A program made the translations under genes and the position numbers. From Bacteroidota bacterium (lineage in GTDB: Bacteria > Bacteroidota > Bacteroidia > 2-12-FULL-35-15): 64,000 nucleotides of DNA. Location of the stretch: NCBI GenBank assembly GCA_947466965.1, contig CANIFU010000003.1, positions 23,151 through 87,150 of the forward strand. The letters are read 5' to 3'. Under the pieces are notes generated by a model. It did not search any database, was not told the origin of the DNA, and worked only from the letters and a program-made list of their open reading frames with translations. Positions 46,587 through 55,993 of the stretch are shown piece after piece. How positions within the stretch are numbered: the first letter of the stretch is position 1; each line of letters opens with the position of its first letter.

Positions 46587-48476
46587 TTAAAAGATTTTTT
46601 TCCACCAATATTGAAAAACAATAATAGCCCATACTTTTTCCACAGCATCATTCGGATTGGTTGAAAATAATTGTGCTTTTAATTTTTTTATTTCCTCAGA
46701 ATTGAAAATGCCTTGTTGTGTTATAAACTCATCATCCAATAATTCATTTGTTATCATTGATTTTAGATCTGTTCTAAACCATTTTAAAAGGGGAACTTCA
46801 AAGCCTTGTTTTTTTCTTGATAGAAGCTCAATGGGTAACATTTCTCTGAAAGCATCCTTCACTATTTTTTTTCGATCATACTTGTCAATTTTGAAATCGG
46901 ATGGTAATGAAAAAGCAAAATCTACAATTTTGTGATCAAGGAAAGGTACTCTTACTTCTAAACTCTGACTCATGCTCATTCGATCCACTTTAACAAGCAT
47001 ATCATTCTCCAAAACCAGATGCATATCGGTAAGTAAAACCGTATTGTAATCTTCAGTTATATTTTTAAGTAATTCGAATTTTCTTTGTTTGTGTGAAACG
47101 CTATTTATATCCGCTGAATAGGTATCTAAAAAAAGCTGATCAGCCGAATACCCTGACCATTTGGCCCATTCCCAATAGCGTTCCTGCGGACTTAATTTCA
47201 TTCCTTCTGCAAATTTTTGGAGTTGCCGAATTTTATTTCCTGTTTTGCTGTTTCTAGATTTAGGTAGTTTTTTTAATAAAGCATGACTTGATTTTACCAG
47301 ATTAGCCTTCAGACCTCCTGTTCTTACTTTTAACTCCGCAGCATGTTTGTTATATCCTGCAAAAAGTTCATCTGCGCCATCGCCTGAAAGTGCAACAGTT
47401 ACATGCTTTTTTGTGTGCATGCTTAAAATATTTACTGCAAGAGCAGATGAATCAGCAAATGGTTCATCCGTATAATCAAGAACGTGCTTGAGATTTGCAA
47501 ACAGATCATCGTTACTTAATTGAAAAGCGGTATGATTTGTTTTGTATTTTTTTGCTAATAACGCTGCAAATGGTGTTTCATCAAAATGTGGTTCATCTTT
47601 AAAACCTATAGAAAAAGTATTTAAATTTTTTGTATGCTGCGCGGCAATTGCTGTTATAATTGACGAGTCGATTCCTCCGCTTAAAAAGGTTCCTAGCGGA
47701 ACGTCTGATATCATTCGGTTTTGAACCGATTGTTCCAATAGGTTTCTGAATTTTAATTTTGCGGTATCGTAACTGATATTGTTCTCAATTCGGTCGGAAT
47801 AAGGAATGGAATAATATTTTTTTTTATTTTTTATTCCTCTTAAATTTACGCTCATATAGGCACCGGATTCTAGTTTTTTTACGTTTTCAAAAATAGAGTA
47901 GGGGCTCGGGATATAATTTAAATGAAAATATAATTGTAATGATGTTTTGTCAATCACCTTGGGTATATCAAAAGCAAGCAAGGCCTTCGTTTCAGAGGCA
48001 AAAGTAAATCGTTCTGTATCTAAATAGTAAAACAAAGGTTTGATTCCAAATCGATCACGAGCTAAAAAAAGTTCTTCCGTTGTTTGATCATACACTGCAA
48101 ATGCAAATTCACCATCTAATTTATCAAGACAATTTTCTCTTTCAGCAATAAAAAGTTGTAATAAAACCTCTGTATCGCTTTGTGATCTAAACTGAATGCC
48201 TTTTACTTCAAGTTCTTTACGAAGCTGTTTGTAGTTAAATAGTTCGCCATTAAAAACAATTGTAAACCTTTCTGAAGAATCTGTAAATGGTTGGTTTGCA
48301 TTAGAAGAAGTATCTATAATTGATAATCTTCTGTGTCCTAAAGCAACATTTTTATGATAAAAAAAACCTTCTCCATCAGGGCCACGGTTTATCAATGTTC
48401 GCGTTGCAGCTTGTGTTTTTAGCAAATGCTGTTTTCCATTATCATTGAATGCCAGTATTCCTGTTATCCCGCACAT
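46587..48476 (-). CDS. asnB: Second asparagine synthase-like amidotransferase
   Basis: MCGITG, RGPD, GHRRLSIID, LSGGIDSS, SGDGADELF, KVDRMSM, EVRVPFLD. Confidence 0.9.
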   Translation of the reverse strand: MCGITGILAFNDNGKQHLLKTQAATRTLINRGPDGEGFFYHKNVALGHRRLSIIDTSSNANQPFTDSSERFTIVFNGELFNYKQLRKELEVKGIQFRSQSDTEVLLQLFIAERENCLDKLDGEFAFAVYDQTTEELFLARDRFGIKPLFYYLDTERFTFASETKALLAFDIPKVIDKTSLQLYFHLNYIPSPYSIFENVKKLESGAYMSVNLRGIKNKKKYYSIPYSDRIENNISYDTAKLKFRNLLEQSVQNRMISDVPLGTFLSGGIDSSIITAIAAQHTKNLNTFSIGFKDEPHFDETPFAALLAKKYKTNHTAFQLSNDDLFANLKHVLDYTDEPFADSSALAVNILSMHTKKHVTVALSGDGADELFAGYNKHAAELKVRTGGLKANLVKSSHALLKKLPKSRNSKTGNKIRQLQKFAEGMKLSPQERYWEWAKWSGYSADQLFLDTYSADINSVSHKQRKFELLKNITEDYNTVLLTDMHLVLENDMLVKVDRMSMSQSLEVRVPFLDHKIVDFAFSLPSDFKIDKYDRKKIVKDAFREMLPIELLSRKKQGFEVPLLKWFRTDLKSMITNELLDDEFITQQGIFNSEEIKKLKAQLFSTNPNDAVEKVWAIIVFQYWWKKIF

Positions 48477-48479
48477 ATA

Positions 48480-49265
48480 TTAATTAATCTTAAATACAAC
48501 CCAGTTGCATTGTTTATCGGTTTGCGTTTTCATTCTTCCTATGGTAATAATTTTTTTATCAGAAGGATTTCTATACCATCCCTCATCCCAAGCTCCCATA
48601 TCTGTATATAATGCATCAATTACGCCTAGCTCAAGCATATCAGATGTAAAAGAAGATAAACTGATATTTTCATAAGACTCTATTACAGCTGTAATATTGT
48701 CTTTTAGTTTTACAATAGCTCTGCGTTGAAATAATTTTTCATCTTTATACTTTGCTCCTTTGCCTTTTTCAATCATTTGTATTTGTTGAAAAAGAGATCC
48801 TTTTTTTGAAACCAAAAAGTTGATGGTTGAATCGTTCAGTATTTTTCCTTTGCTAGTTGGAAAAATTTCAAATTCACCATTTATTATTTTTATTGCCCCA
48901 CCAAGTGAATGATTTACTTGGTTTTTATTTACTACTATACCATTGTTAATATAAAGTCCGTCTACTGAATTTTTTTTTAAATCGGTGAATGCTCCAGGAA
49001 AGCAAAGAAGAATATTGTTGTCCGCTTTGTTGGGTCGTATCAATGAAACATCGAGTTTTAAATTATTTTTATAAAATATCGTGTAATTGTAACCTGATCT
49101 TGTTTTTTTCTTTTCAATTGTTAAATCATTCTTTTCAATTTCCACGTTTTTAAATGCACATATCGAAAAGAAGATTGCAGCTGCAATGAGAGAAAAAATA
49201 GAATTAGTATAAAAATATCTTTTTGTTATCATTTTAAAAGTGTGAAAAACTTTGTTAATATACAA
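48480..49265 (-). CDS. Exported protein, distant phosphodiester glycosidase (NAGPA/DUF2233)-like
   Basis: N-terminal hydrophobic segment (start probably ATG 49232); G.YINNG, QRRAIV, LGVIDALYTDMG echo the R.A / A..LDGG motifs. The assignment is tentative. Confidence 0.45.
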   Translation of the reverse strand: MYINKVFHTFKMITKRYFYTNSIFSLIAAAIFFSICAFKNVEIEKNDLTIEKKKTRSGYNYTIFYKNNLKLDVSLIRPNKADNNILLCFPGAFTDLKKNSVDGLYINNGIVVNKNQVNHSLGGAIKIINGEFEIFPTSKGKILNDSTINFLVSKKGSLFQQIQMIEKGKGAKYKDEKLFQRRAIVKLKDNITAVIESYENISLSSFTSDMLELGVIDALYTDMGAWDEGWYRNPSDKKIITIGRMKTQTDKQCNWVVFKIN

Positions 49266-49356
49266 AAAATGAATGAGGTGGAATACTGCTAATATTTCTT
49301 TTTCTTTGTTATAGCTTCCGAAATAGTTGGACGCTTCAACTAAATTCTAAACAATT

Positions 49357-50820
49357 ATGTCTTCATCTATCATTTTAATCTGTGTATTTGCTTATTCCTT
49401 GTTGTTATTCTATGTAACCTGGTGGACATCAAAAGGAGCGAATAATGAAAGTTATTACGTAGGTAATCGCTCTTCAAAATGGTATTTAGTAGCTTACGGA
49501 ATGATTGGTGCATCTCTTTCAGGAGTTACATTTATTTCTGTTCCAGGAGCTATAGGTACCGCCCAGTTTGGCTATCTCCAAGTAATTTTAGGCTATTTAG
49601 TGGGATATATTGTAATTGCTTATGTGTTACTGCCTCTTTATTATCGATTAAATCTGACTTCAATTTATAGTTATCTGAAGCATCGATTTGGCAACTATTC
49701 TTATAAAACCGGTGCGTTTTTTTTTATATTTTCCCGTGTTGTAGGAGCCGCTTTTCGGATGTATATTGTTGTGAATGTATTGCAAGAATTTGTTTTTGAC
49801 GATTTGCATGTTCCATTTTTTTTAACAGTTGCGGTTTTCATTTTGCTGATTTTATTATATACCTATCAGGGCGGTGTAAAAACAATTGTTTATACAGATA
49901 CGCTTCAAACGACATTTATGATAGTTTCCGTAGTGCTTTCAATTGTATTTATAATGCAGGATATGAATCTGAGTATTTCAGATGTATATCATAAAATATC
50001 TGATAGTCAGTATTCAAAAATATTTTTTGATGATTGGCATCAAAAATCTTTCTTTCCGAAGCAGTTTTTTGGAGGGATGTTCATTGCTATTGCTATGACC
50101 GGATTAGATCAGGAAATGATGCAAAAGAATATCAGTTGTAAAACATTAGGTGACGCACAAAAAAATGTATTGACATTTAGTGGGATTTTATTAATCGTTA
50201 ATATTTTATTTCTTGTACTTGGTGCTTTACTTTACATATATGCAAATCAGGATAGTATACCTTTGATGGTGGATGCGAAAGGGAAAATTATTTCCGACAC
50301 TGTTTTTCCATCAATTGCTTTGCATCATTTTGGTACATTATCTGGTGTTTTCTTTATTCTAGGACTAATATCTGCTGCTTATCCAAGTGCTGATGGAGCT
50401 TTGACAGCTTTGACCAGTGTTTTTTGTCTCGATTTTTTAGGTTTAAAAGAAGATGAAACAAAAACGGAAGAAGAAAAAATTAAAATCCGTCATCGTGTTC
50501 ACATTGCTTTTGCTACCATACTGTTTGTCGTTATCATTATTTTTAAACTTATAAATAATGATGCAGTAATAAATGAGTTATTTACATGGGCTGGCTATAC
50601 ATATGGGCCATTACTCGGTTTATATGCATTTGGTTTATTCACTAAATTGCAAGTAAAAGATAAGTTTGTTCCTCTTATTTGTATTATTTCTCCAGTTATA
50701 TGTTATACCCTGAATAATTATTCGAAGGAATTGTTGAATGGATATAAATTCGGATTTGAAATGATAATACTAAATGGAATAATTACTTTTTTTGGATTAT
50801 GGCTGATCAGGAGGAAGTAA
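49357..50820 (+). CDS. Sodium:solute symporter (SSS family)
   Basis: About 13 TM segments; YYVGNR, ASLSGVTFISVPG, SIYSYLKHRFG, GGVKTIVYTDTLQ, GLDQEMMQK. Confidence 0.9.
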   Translation: MSSSIILICVFAYSLLLFYVTWWTSKGANNESYYVGNRSSKWYLVAYGMIGASLSGVTFISVPGAIGTAQFGYLQVILGYLVGYIVIAYVLLPLYYRLNLTSIYSYLKHRFGNYSYKTGAFFFIFSRVVGAAFRMYIVVNVLQEFVFDDLHVPFFLTVAVFILLILLYTYQGGVKTIVYTDTLQTTFMIVSVVLSIVFIMQDMNLSISDVYHKISDSQYSKIFFDDWHQKSFFPKQFFGGMFIAIAMTGLDQEMMQKNISCKTLGDAQKNVLTFSGILLIVNILFLVLGALLYIYANQDSIPLMVDAKGKIISDTVFPSIALHHFGTLSGVFFILGLISAAYPSADGALTALTSVFCLDFLGLKEDETKTEEEKIKIRHRVHIAFATILFVVIIIFKLINNDAVINELFTWAGYTYGPLLGLYAFGLFTKLQVKDKFVPLICIISPVICYTLNNYSKELLNGYKFGFEMIILNGIITFFGLWLIRRK

Positions 50821-50841
50821 TTTTGTCTTCCGTATTTTTAT

Positions 50842-50964
50842 TTATAAAATAAAGATCGCAGCTAAAATCATAACAATAATTACAATGAGGTATTGCCACA
50901 TATCCGGAAAATAGATTTTAACATATTCCCATGTACTCTTTTGTTTTCCTTTTTTTTCTTCCAT
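50842..50964 (-). CDS. Putative 40-aa single-TM small protein (below the ORF-track cutoff)
   Basis: MEEKKGKQKSTWEYVKIYFPDMWQYLIVIIVMILAAIFIL*; the ATG is separated from the suhB stop by 1 nt. Confidence 0.55.
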   Translation of the reverse strand: MEEKKGKQKSTWEYVKIYFPDMWQYLIVIIVMILAAIFIL

Positions 50965-50965
50965 C

Positions 50966-51763
50966 TTATTTAAAGTGTGTTTTAATGTTGTCTAAAAATT
51001 CATCAAAAAACAGATTGTTACCAGCAACGATTTCTCTATTAAACAGATAGTTTCCTTCACCTTTAAAATCTGTTACTTTTCCTCCTGCTTGCTGAACAAT
51101 AAATGATCCGGCAGCAACATCCCAGGGTTGAAGGCAGTATTCATAAAATCCATCAAAGCGTCCACAGGCAACGTAAGCTAAATCTGTTGCAGCAGAACCT
51201 AGCCTTCGCAGTCCTCTCGTATTTCGCATAAAGTATTTAAATAGCTCCATATATTCATCTAGTCGGCTGTAATCATAATATGGGAAACCGGTTGCTAATA
51301 AAGCATCCGATACTTTTGATGTGTTAGAAACATTTATTTCTTTACCATTTAAGTATGATTTACTTCCTTCCCATGCATAAAAACATTCATCCAAATTAAT
51401 TTCATAAATCACTCCAAGCACTAATTTTTCATTTCTCATTAAAGCGATACTTATTGCAAAAGATGGAATGCCATGAATGAAATTGGTTGTACCGTCTAGA
51501 GGGTCAATAATCCAATTGTATATATCCCCTTTTTTTGATGATGTTCCTTCTTCAGCAATAAATCCGGCTTCAGGGAGTAAAATGGCTAATTTGTCTATTA
51601 TTCGTTTTTCAGATGTTTTGTCAACATAAGAAACAAAGTCGTTTTTCCCTTTTACTTCGATTTTTTCTGACGTGAATTTATTTCGTTCCGATCTTATAAA
51701 AACGCCAACTTCTTTTGATAAAACGCAAACTTCTTTGCAAAGTGTTTGTATGTCGATCGTCAT
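50966..51763 (-). CDS. suhB: Inositol monophosphatase family (SuhB)
   Basis: WIIDPLDGTTNF, ATGFPY, RRLGSAATDLAYVACGRFDG, PWDVAAG. Confidence 0.9.
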   Translation of the reverse strand: MTIDIQTLCKEVCVLSKEVGVFIRSERNKFTSEKIEVKGKNDFVSYVDKTSEKRIIDKLAILLPEAGFIAEEGTSSKKGDIYNWIIDPLDGTTNFIHGIPSFAISIALMRNEKLVLGVIYEINLDECFYAWEGSKSYLNGKEINVSNTSKVSDALLATGFPYYDYSRLDEYMELFKYFMRNTRGLRRLGSAATDLAYVACGRFDGFYEYCLQPWDVAAGSFIVQQAGGKVTDFKGEGNYLFNREIVAGNNLFFDEFLDNIKTHFK

Positions 51764-51779
51764 AATTTTAGTTTATAAA

Positions 51780-51787
51780 CAAAGTTA
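51780..51787 (-). promoter_or_regulatory. -7 box upstream of suhB (TAACTTTG)
   Basis: TAnnTTTG consensus 16 nt before the ATG. Confidence 0.55.
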
Positions 51788-51840
51788 CGTTTAAAACACT
51801 ACAATTTATTAGAAAATGGGAAGCAAATATTTGATTAAAT

Positions 51841-52686
51841 TTGAGTATGATTATTAAAAATTATACGAACAGTTATTTAAAACAGAATAGTCCCCATCTA
51901 TTTATAGGCATTCTTATGCTGTTCTTTTCATTTATAGGATTAGCTCAAACTGTTCCTTTGTTTGGTATTAAATTGAAATTTTCGGTTCAGCAAGGTGGTT
52001 TGGAAAATTCACTCATTACCATTACTCGCGATGGCAAACCCTATCGCATTATTGATCCCAGTAAAGGGAAATATTTTATTGATTTGGAATTGGGTTCCAA
52101 TTTTGTTTTTACGTTTAGTAAACCGGGACATATAACCAAGCAAGTAATTATAAATACTGTTGTTCCAAATGGCAGAGAGAAAGAAGATTTCGCCAAATTT
52201 ACAGCCGAGGTTGGTTTGGAGTTGCAGCCAGAAGATAAAATAGTGACGTATACCCAACCCGTTGGTAAAATAAAATATAGCGGAAATGACGGGGATTTTA
52301 ATTTTGATAAAGATTACACCCAAACGGCAACTGAATTACAAAAGAAAGATAAAGAAGCAGCAAAACCAAAACCGAAAGAACCTCCTCCGCCACCTCTTGT
52401 TGAGCCTAAATCGATTGTTCAATCTCCAGCTCCCAGCAACCCTATTCCTGAGCCCCCTAAACCTAAGCCTGCTGTTGTTGAACCTGTTTTCGAATATAAG
52501 CCTGCAGTGAAAAACAAAGAGGAAAAAGTAATTCAAAAAGATCGATTGAAAATTACAATTATAATTGTAAAGATTAACGATATTGATTTTGAATACAAAA
52601 AGGAAGAGTATACTTGGGGTGGAACATATTATTATCTGAATGGAAAAAACATAACCCAACCTACATTTGAAAAGGATACAGAGTAG
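51841..52686 (+). CDS. Exported hypothetical protein with a Pro/Lys-rich linker
   Basis: Signal-like segment ending GLAQ; beta-rich N-domain (FSKPGHITK); PKPKEPPPPP linker; C-terminal WGGTYYYLNG domain. Confidence 0.65.
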   Translation: MSMIIKNYTNSYLKQNSPHLFIGILMLFFSFIGLAQTVPLFGIKLKFSVQQGGLENSLITITRDGKPYRIIDPSKGKYFIDLELGSNFVFTFSKPGHITKQVIINTVVPNGREKEDFAKFTAEVGLELQPEDKIVTYTQPVGKIKYSGNDGDFNFDKDYTQTATELQKKDKEAAKPKPKEPPPPPLVEPKSIVQSPAPSNPIPEPPKPKPAVVEPVFEYKPAVKNKEEKVIQKDRLKITIIIVKINDIDFEYKKEEYTWGGTYYYLNGKNITQPTFEKDTE

Positions 52687-52710
52687 GTAATCCTTGGAAC
52701 GAAGCCGTCT

Positions 52711-52872
52711 GCACATTCCCCTTCGTAAAAATGAAGTTAATTAGCACTCATTCCCCCTTAGTAAAAGGGGGTTAGGGGGATTTGCTATTCTAGTTGTTTC
52801 GAATTTACTTTTTTAATGCGAATATATTATTAATCACTTGGATCCCTTTGAAAAAAGGAGGGCATGGGATTG
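52711..52872. repeat. Degenerate REP-like palindromic repeats
   Basis: Best copy TTCCCCCTTAGTAAAAGGGGGTTAGGGGGATTT at 52751-52783, with two decayed copies at ~52711 and ~52835, between convergent genes. Confidence 0.45.
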
Positions 52873-52915
52873 AAAATTAACTCTAAATAGTACTTTAAGA
52901 GGAGTTATGATTTAA

Positions 52916-54079
52916 CTACTTAATTTTATGTTCTAATTTTTTGAAATAAAAAATTCCTGCCAATCCAAGAATAAACAAAATAGTTGAAATTAATTCAGCT
53001 TGTGTAAATCCAAAACCATTAACATGGTATAATGTGTTAACACGTATTTTTTCTATAAGAAAGCGCTCAGTACCATTGAAAATAAGGTAAATGGAAAATA
53101 AAACACCTGGTGTTTTTATTCGTTTTCTGATATTCCAAATAATAATAAATAAAAAAAGACACATTAATGTTTCATAAAATGGAGTAGGAAAAACTGCAGG
53201 AACTAAGTGGTTGCAATATTTATCAGCATTGCAATTCAAAATAGGTTCCCCGTAATTTACAACATTATGAGGGTAATCATAACTCCATAGCCAATCTGGA
53301 GACCAACTTAACCAATTTGGTTTCGGACTCACATTGTCTATACCCCAGTCACCATCACCGGAAAGGTGGCAGCCAATTCGACCAACAGCATATCCAATCA
53401 TTAGTGATGGAGCAGCTGAATCTATTAAATGTGGAATAGAGATGCTGTTTTTTTTGCCGTAATATATTAAAACAATTGAAGCAAGAATTAATCCCCCATA
53501 CATCGTTAATCCATCAAATGAAAGCAATGCACCAACGGGATCTGAAATAAATGTATCCCAGTTTTCTAGGTTATGGAAAATTTTTGCTCCCAACAGTCCT
53601 GCAAAGGCTGCAATAAGTGTCATGTTGCCAACATGCTGGTATGGATGTATCTTTTCTTCGTTCCAAATTGGTGTAGCTAATTTTGATTTTTCTTTTTCAC
53701 GATATTTCATGTAAATCGATATTCCTGCAAGAATGATACCTCCCAATAGATTACCTTTTGAAGAAAGCAGATACCCTTGCGTGTTTTCGGTGAAAGCGGA
53801 GAAATTAAAAAGTATGTAAAGTAATTTGTATCCGATTAAAAATCCAATTAAGCCAGATGAAAATAATTCGCCAATTGTTGCTTTTTGACCTTTTAGAATT
53901 TTTACTGTCGTAGTTTTTAAAAGCCCTTCTTGTTCTTTTCGTTTTAATTCTTTTATCCAGAAATAAGCAGCGATTAAGAATGAAATGGCAACAAAAAAAC
54001 CGAACATCTGTACCATTTTCAAAAAAGGAAGGTCGATGCCTAGCAAATCTTTTATAGCGTAATATAGTGAAGGGTACAT
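52916..54079 (-). CDS. lgt: Prolipoprotein diacylglyceryl transferase (long Bacteroidota form)
   Basis: GAKIFH, GLTMYGG, D..AP...GYAVGRIGC, PTPFYE, ERFLIEKIR; multi-TM. Confidence 0.85.
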   Translation of the reverse strand: MYPSLYYAIKDLLGIDLPFLKMVQMFGFFVAISFLIAAYFWIKELKRKEQEGLLKTTTVKILKGQKATIGELFSSGLIGFLIGYKLLYILFNFSAFTENTQGYLLSSKGNLLGGIILAGISIYMKYREKEKSKLATPIWNEEKIHPYQHVGNMTLIAAFAGLLGAKIFHNLENWDTFISDPVGALLSFDGLTMYGGLILASIVLIYYGKKNSISIPHLIDSAAPSLMIGYAVGRIGCHLSGDGDWGIDNVSPKPNWLSWSPDWLWSYDYPHNVVNYGEPILNCNADKYCNHLVPAVFPTPFYETLMCLFLFIIIWNIRKRIKTPGVLFSIYLIFNGTERFLIEKIRVNTLYHVNGFGFTQAELISTILFILGLAGIFYFKKLEHKIK

Positions 54080-54192
54080 AGATTAGGTATAATAAAGTTG
54101 ATGCGAATTTACGAATCTTTACTTGAAGCAAAGTTTCTTTTTAATTCTACCGGCGTAGTCATTCTATATTCACTCACATCTGATTTTTAGAC

Positions 54193-54235
54193 AAAAAAGC
54201 ACTTTGTTAGTAGTATGTATTTAATACTAATAAAG
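54193..54235 (-). terminator. Probable terminator after mksE
   Basis: Minus strand CTTTATTAGTA...TACTAACAAAG imperfect hairpin followed by TGCTTTTTT. Confidence 0.45.
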
Positions 54236-54243
54236 AAATTAAA

Positions 54244-54771
54244 TTATCCTTCTTTTTCTGTGTTTTCATATTTTACAATGTCAGTAGCAAAATCAACAAA
54301 AAACTTATGTGCTGAAGTAAATACGAAGCGGTTATCACCTGTTTTTTCGATAATGTTTCTTCTGTTTAATGTGTTGATGAAGTTTTTTCGAGCATCAGCA
54401 TCTTTTAGTTGTTTGTTTGAAAGAATCAAATCGATGTATGACGAATTTGTAAAATAGTTTTCTATTTCTTCCATTTCAAATTCACTGAATTGGATTCGTT
54501 CAAGGAAATTTTTCCCATCTCTATCTAACTCGTAACTCAAAAGAGCAATGAAAATACAGATATCACGAGATAACATTTCTGCGGACTCTTCAGAAACAAC
54601 ATAAGCGTAGTCCTGTGTTAAACGCAATTCATAATTGAACGATGCTTTAAAAAAGTAGGTATAGGATTGCTCATTATCTTTCACAGTTTGATAGGTGCGT
54701 TCATTGGGCAGCATAAATTTACCTGCCATTAGATCTTCTACAATTTGTCGGTGGTGATTAGGAAATTCCAT
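54244..54771 (-). CDS. mksE: MksE/JetB-like KITE subunit of an SMC complex
   Basis: 175 aa. I...L..G.F...Y..FF..F.YEL....Y.Y pattern recalled from Pseudomonas MksE; start overlaps the mksF stop. Confidence 0.7.
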   Translation of the reverse strand: MEFPNHHRQIVEDLMAGKFMLPNERTYQTVKDNEQSYTYFFKASFNYELRLTQDYAYVVSEESAEMLSRDICIFIALLSYELDRDGKNFLERIQFSEFEMEEIENYFTNSSYIDLILSNKQLKDADARKNFINTLNRRNIIEKTGDNRFVFTSAHKFFVDFATDIVKYENTEKEG

Positions 54772-55978
54772 GATTTGGATCGATTAGTTGTGATTGTTGA
54801 TTGATAGTTACTTTAGGTACCGTTAATGTGAGGTCGTTGATTTTTATTTTATCAAACTGTGGCTTAGCACCGTATTCACGTTCGATATCTTCATCAAATG
54901 CAAGGGTTGTTAGCGCAAAGAATTTTTCAATTTCTACTTTTTTATAATCTTCTTTCAATGTTTTGTTACACCAACTAAAAAAATTATCAACGGGTAAATT
55001 GTCTTTTAATTTTTTTGTATAATGATCTTTGTCAAAGATCCATTTTTCAGCTTCATTTTCTTCCTCTTCAAAATAAACATCTGTTTCATTTTTGAATTGT
55101 TCAAATATTTCAGATGCATTGAAGAATGTATCTTTTGAATAGACAGAAACTTCTTTTCTCTTCAGCAGTTTTGGTGCTTTACGTTTGTATGGATTCTTTA
55201 AGTAGGTGATCCAACCTGTTAAAATAATAGATTCTGTTCTGATACGCTCAATCAATGGAAGTAATTCGTTCGTCAGAATCTTTGATTGACGAAGCAAATT
55301 ATCATTTACCTGAATTAATTGAAAATAAAGTTTTTCAAACTGAATGCGAGCATTTTCATCATCAAAATTTAAACGATATTTATTAGATAACTCTGAAATT
55401 TCATATAATTTATTTGCAACAGATGTCGAGTGATTAATGTCAAGAATCTTATTCAGAGGGATAATATATTCATCGATCCAACGGGAAGCTCGAACAATTT
55501 TTTCACGATAATCAATTTTCTTAACATTCGCTTTTAATTCACGTGTTTCCTGTAATAAACTCTGTGTGTTACGCTCTACCATTTCATAGAAAGAACGAAC
55601 TTCAATTGCAAGATCGTTTAATCGTTGGCTTAATGTAACTTTATCACCATTGATATTTTCTCTGATCTTTCTGAACAGTTCAGCAATTGAAGTGTGATAT
55701 TTTTCAATTGTTTCGGGCAACATTGGTTTAAATTCACTCAAAATGAACTCAATTAAGTTGAAATAAACCGTACGTATTTCGTAATTGTCGTTTACGGGAC
55801 TCAATATTTTATATTCAATCAATTGTGAACGGATATCACTTTCGTGTTTCGAGACAATTTGATTCAATACTTCGAACTTTATGATCCCTTCATTGGATTG
55901 GGTTTCAAACAATTCAGCGATTACATCATAATGTTCTAGTAAAAATCGGAGTATTGTTTTTGGTTCTGCCTTCATCAT
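54758..55978 (-). CDS. mksF: MksF/JetA-like kleisin subunit
   Basis: 406 aa. N-terminus EPKTILRFLLEHY and internal W.DEYI.P resemble Pseudomonas MksF (recalled EPKRVLRALAEHW, WDEYVEP); helical; lies between the SMC and mksE genes. Confidence 0.7.
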   Translation of the reverse strand: MMKAEPKTILRFLLEHYDVIAELFETQSNEGIIKFEVLNQIVSKHESDIRSQLIEYKILSPVNDNYEIRTVYFNLIEFILSEFKPMLPETIEKYHTSIAELFRKIRENINGDKVTLSQRLNDLAIEVRSFYEMVERNTQSLLQETRELKANVKKIDYREKIVRASRWIDEYIIPLNKILDINHSTSVANKLYEISELSNKYRLNFDDENARIQFEKLYFQLIQVNDNLLRQSKILTNELLPLIERIRTESIILTGWITYLKNPYKRKAPKLLKRKEVSVYSKDTFFNASEIFEQFKNETDVYFEEEENEAEKWIFDKDHYTKKLKDNLPVDNFFSWCNKTLKEDYKKVEIEKFFALTTLAFDEDIEREYGAKPQFDKIKINDLTLTVPKVTINQQSQLIDPNHGIS

Positions 55979-55993
55979 TTATACTATTTTTAC

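Noticed and set aside
52916..54079. Lgt with RIGC instead of RxGN and a Cys-containing insertion
   Set aside because: Consistent with a known long Lgt variant in Bacteroidota; no evidence of a new function from the sequence alone.
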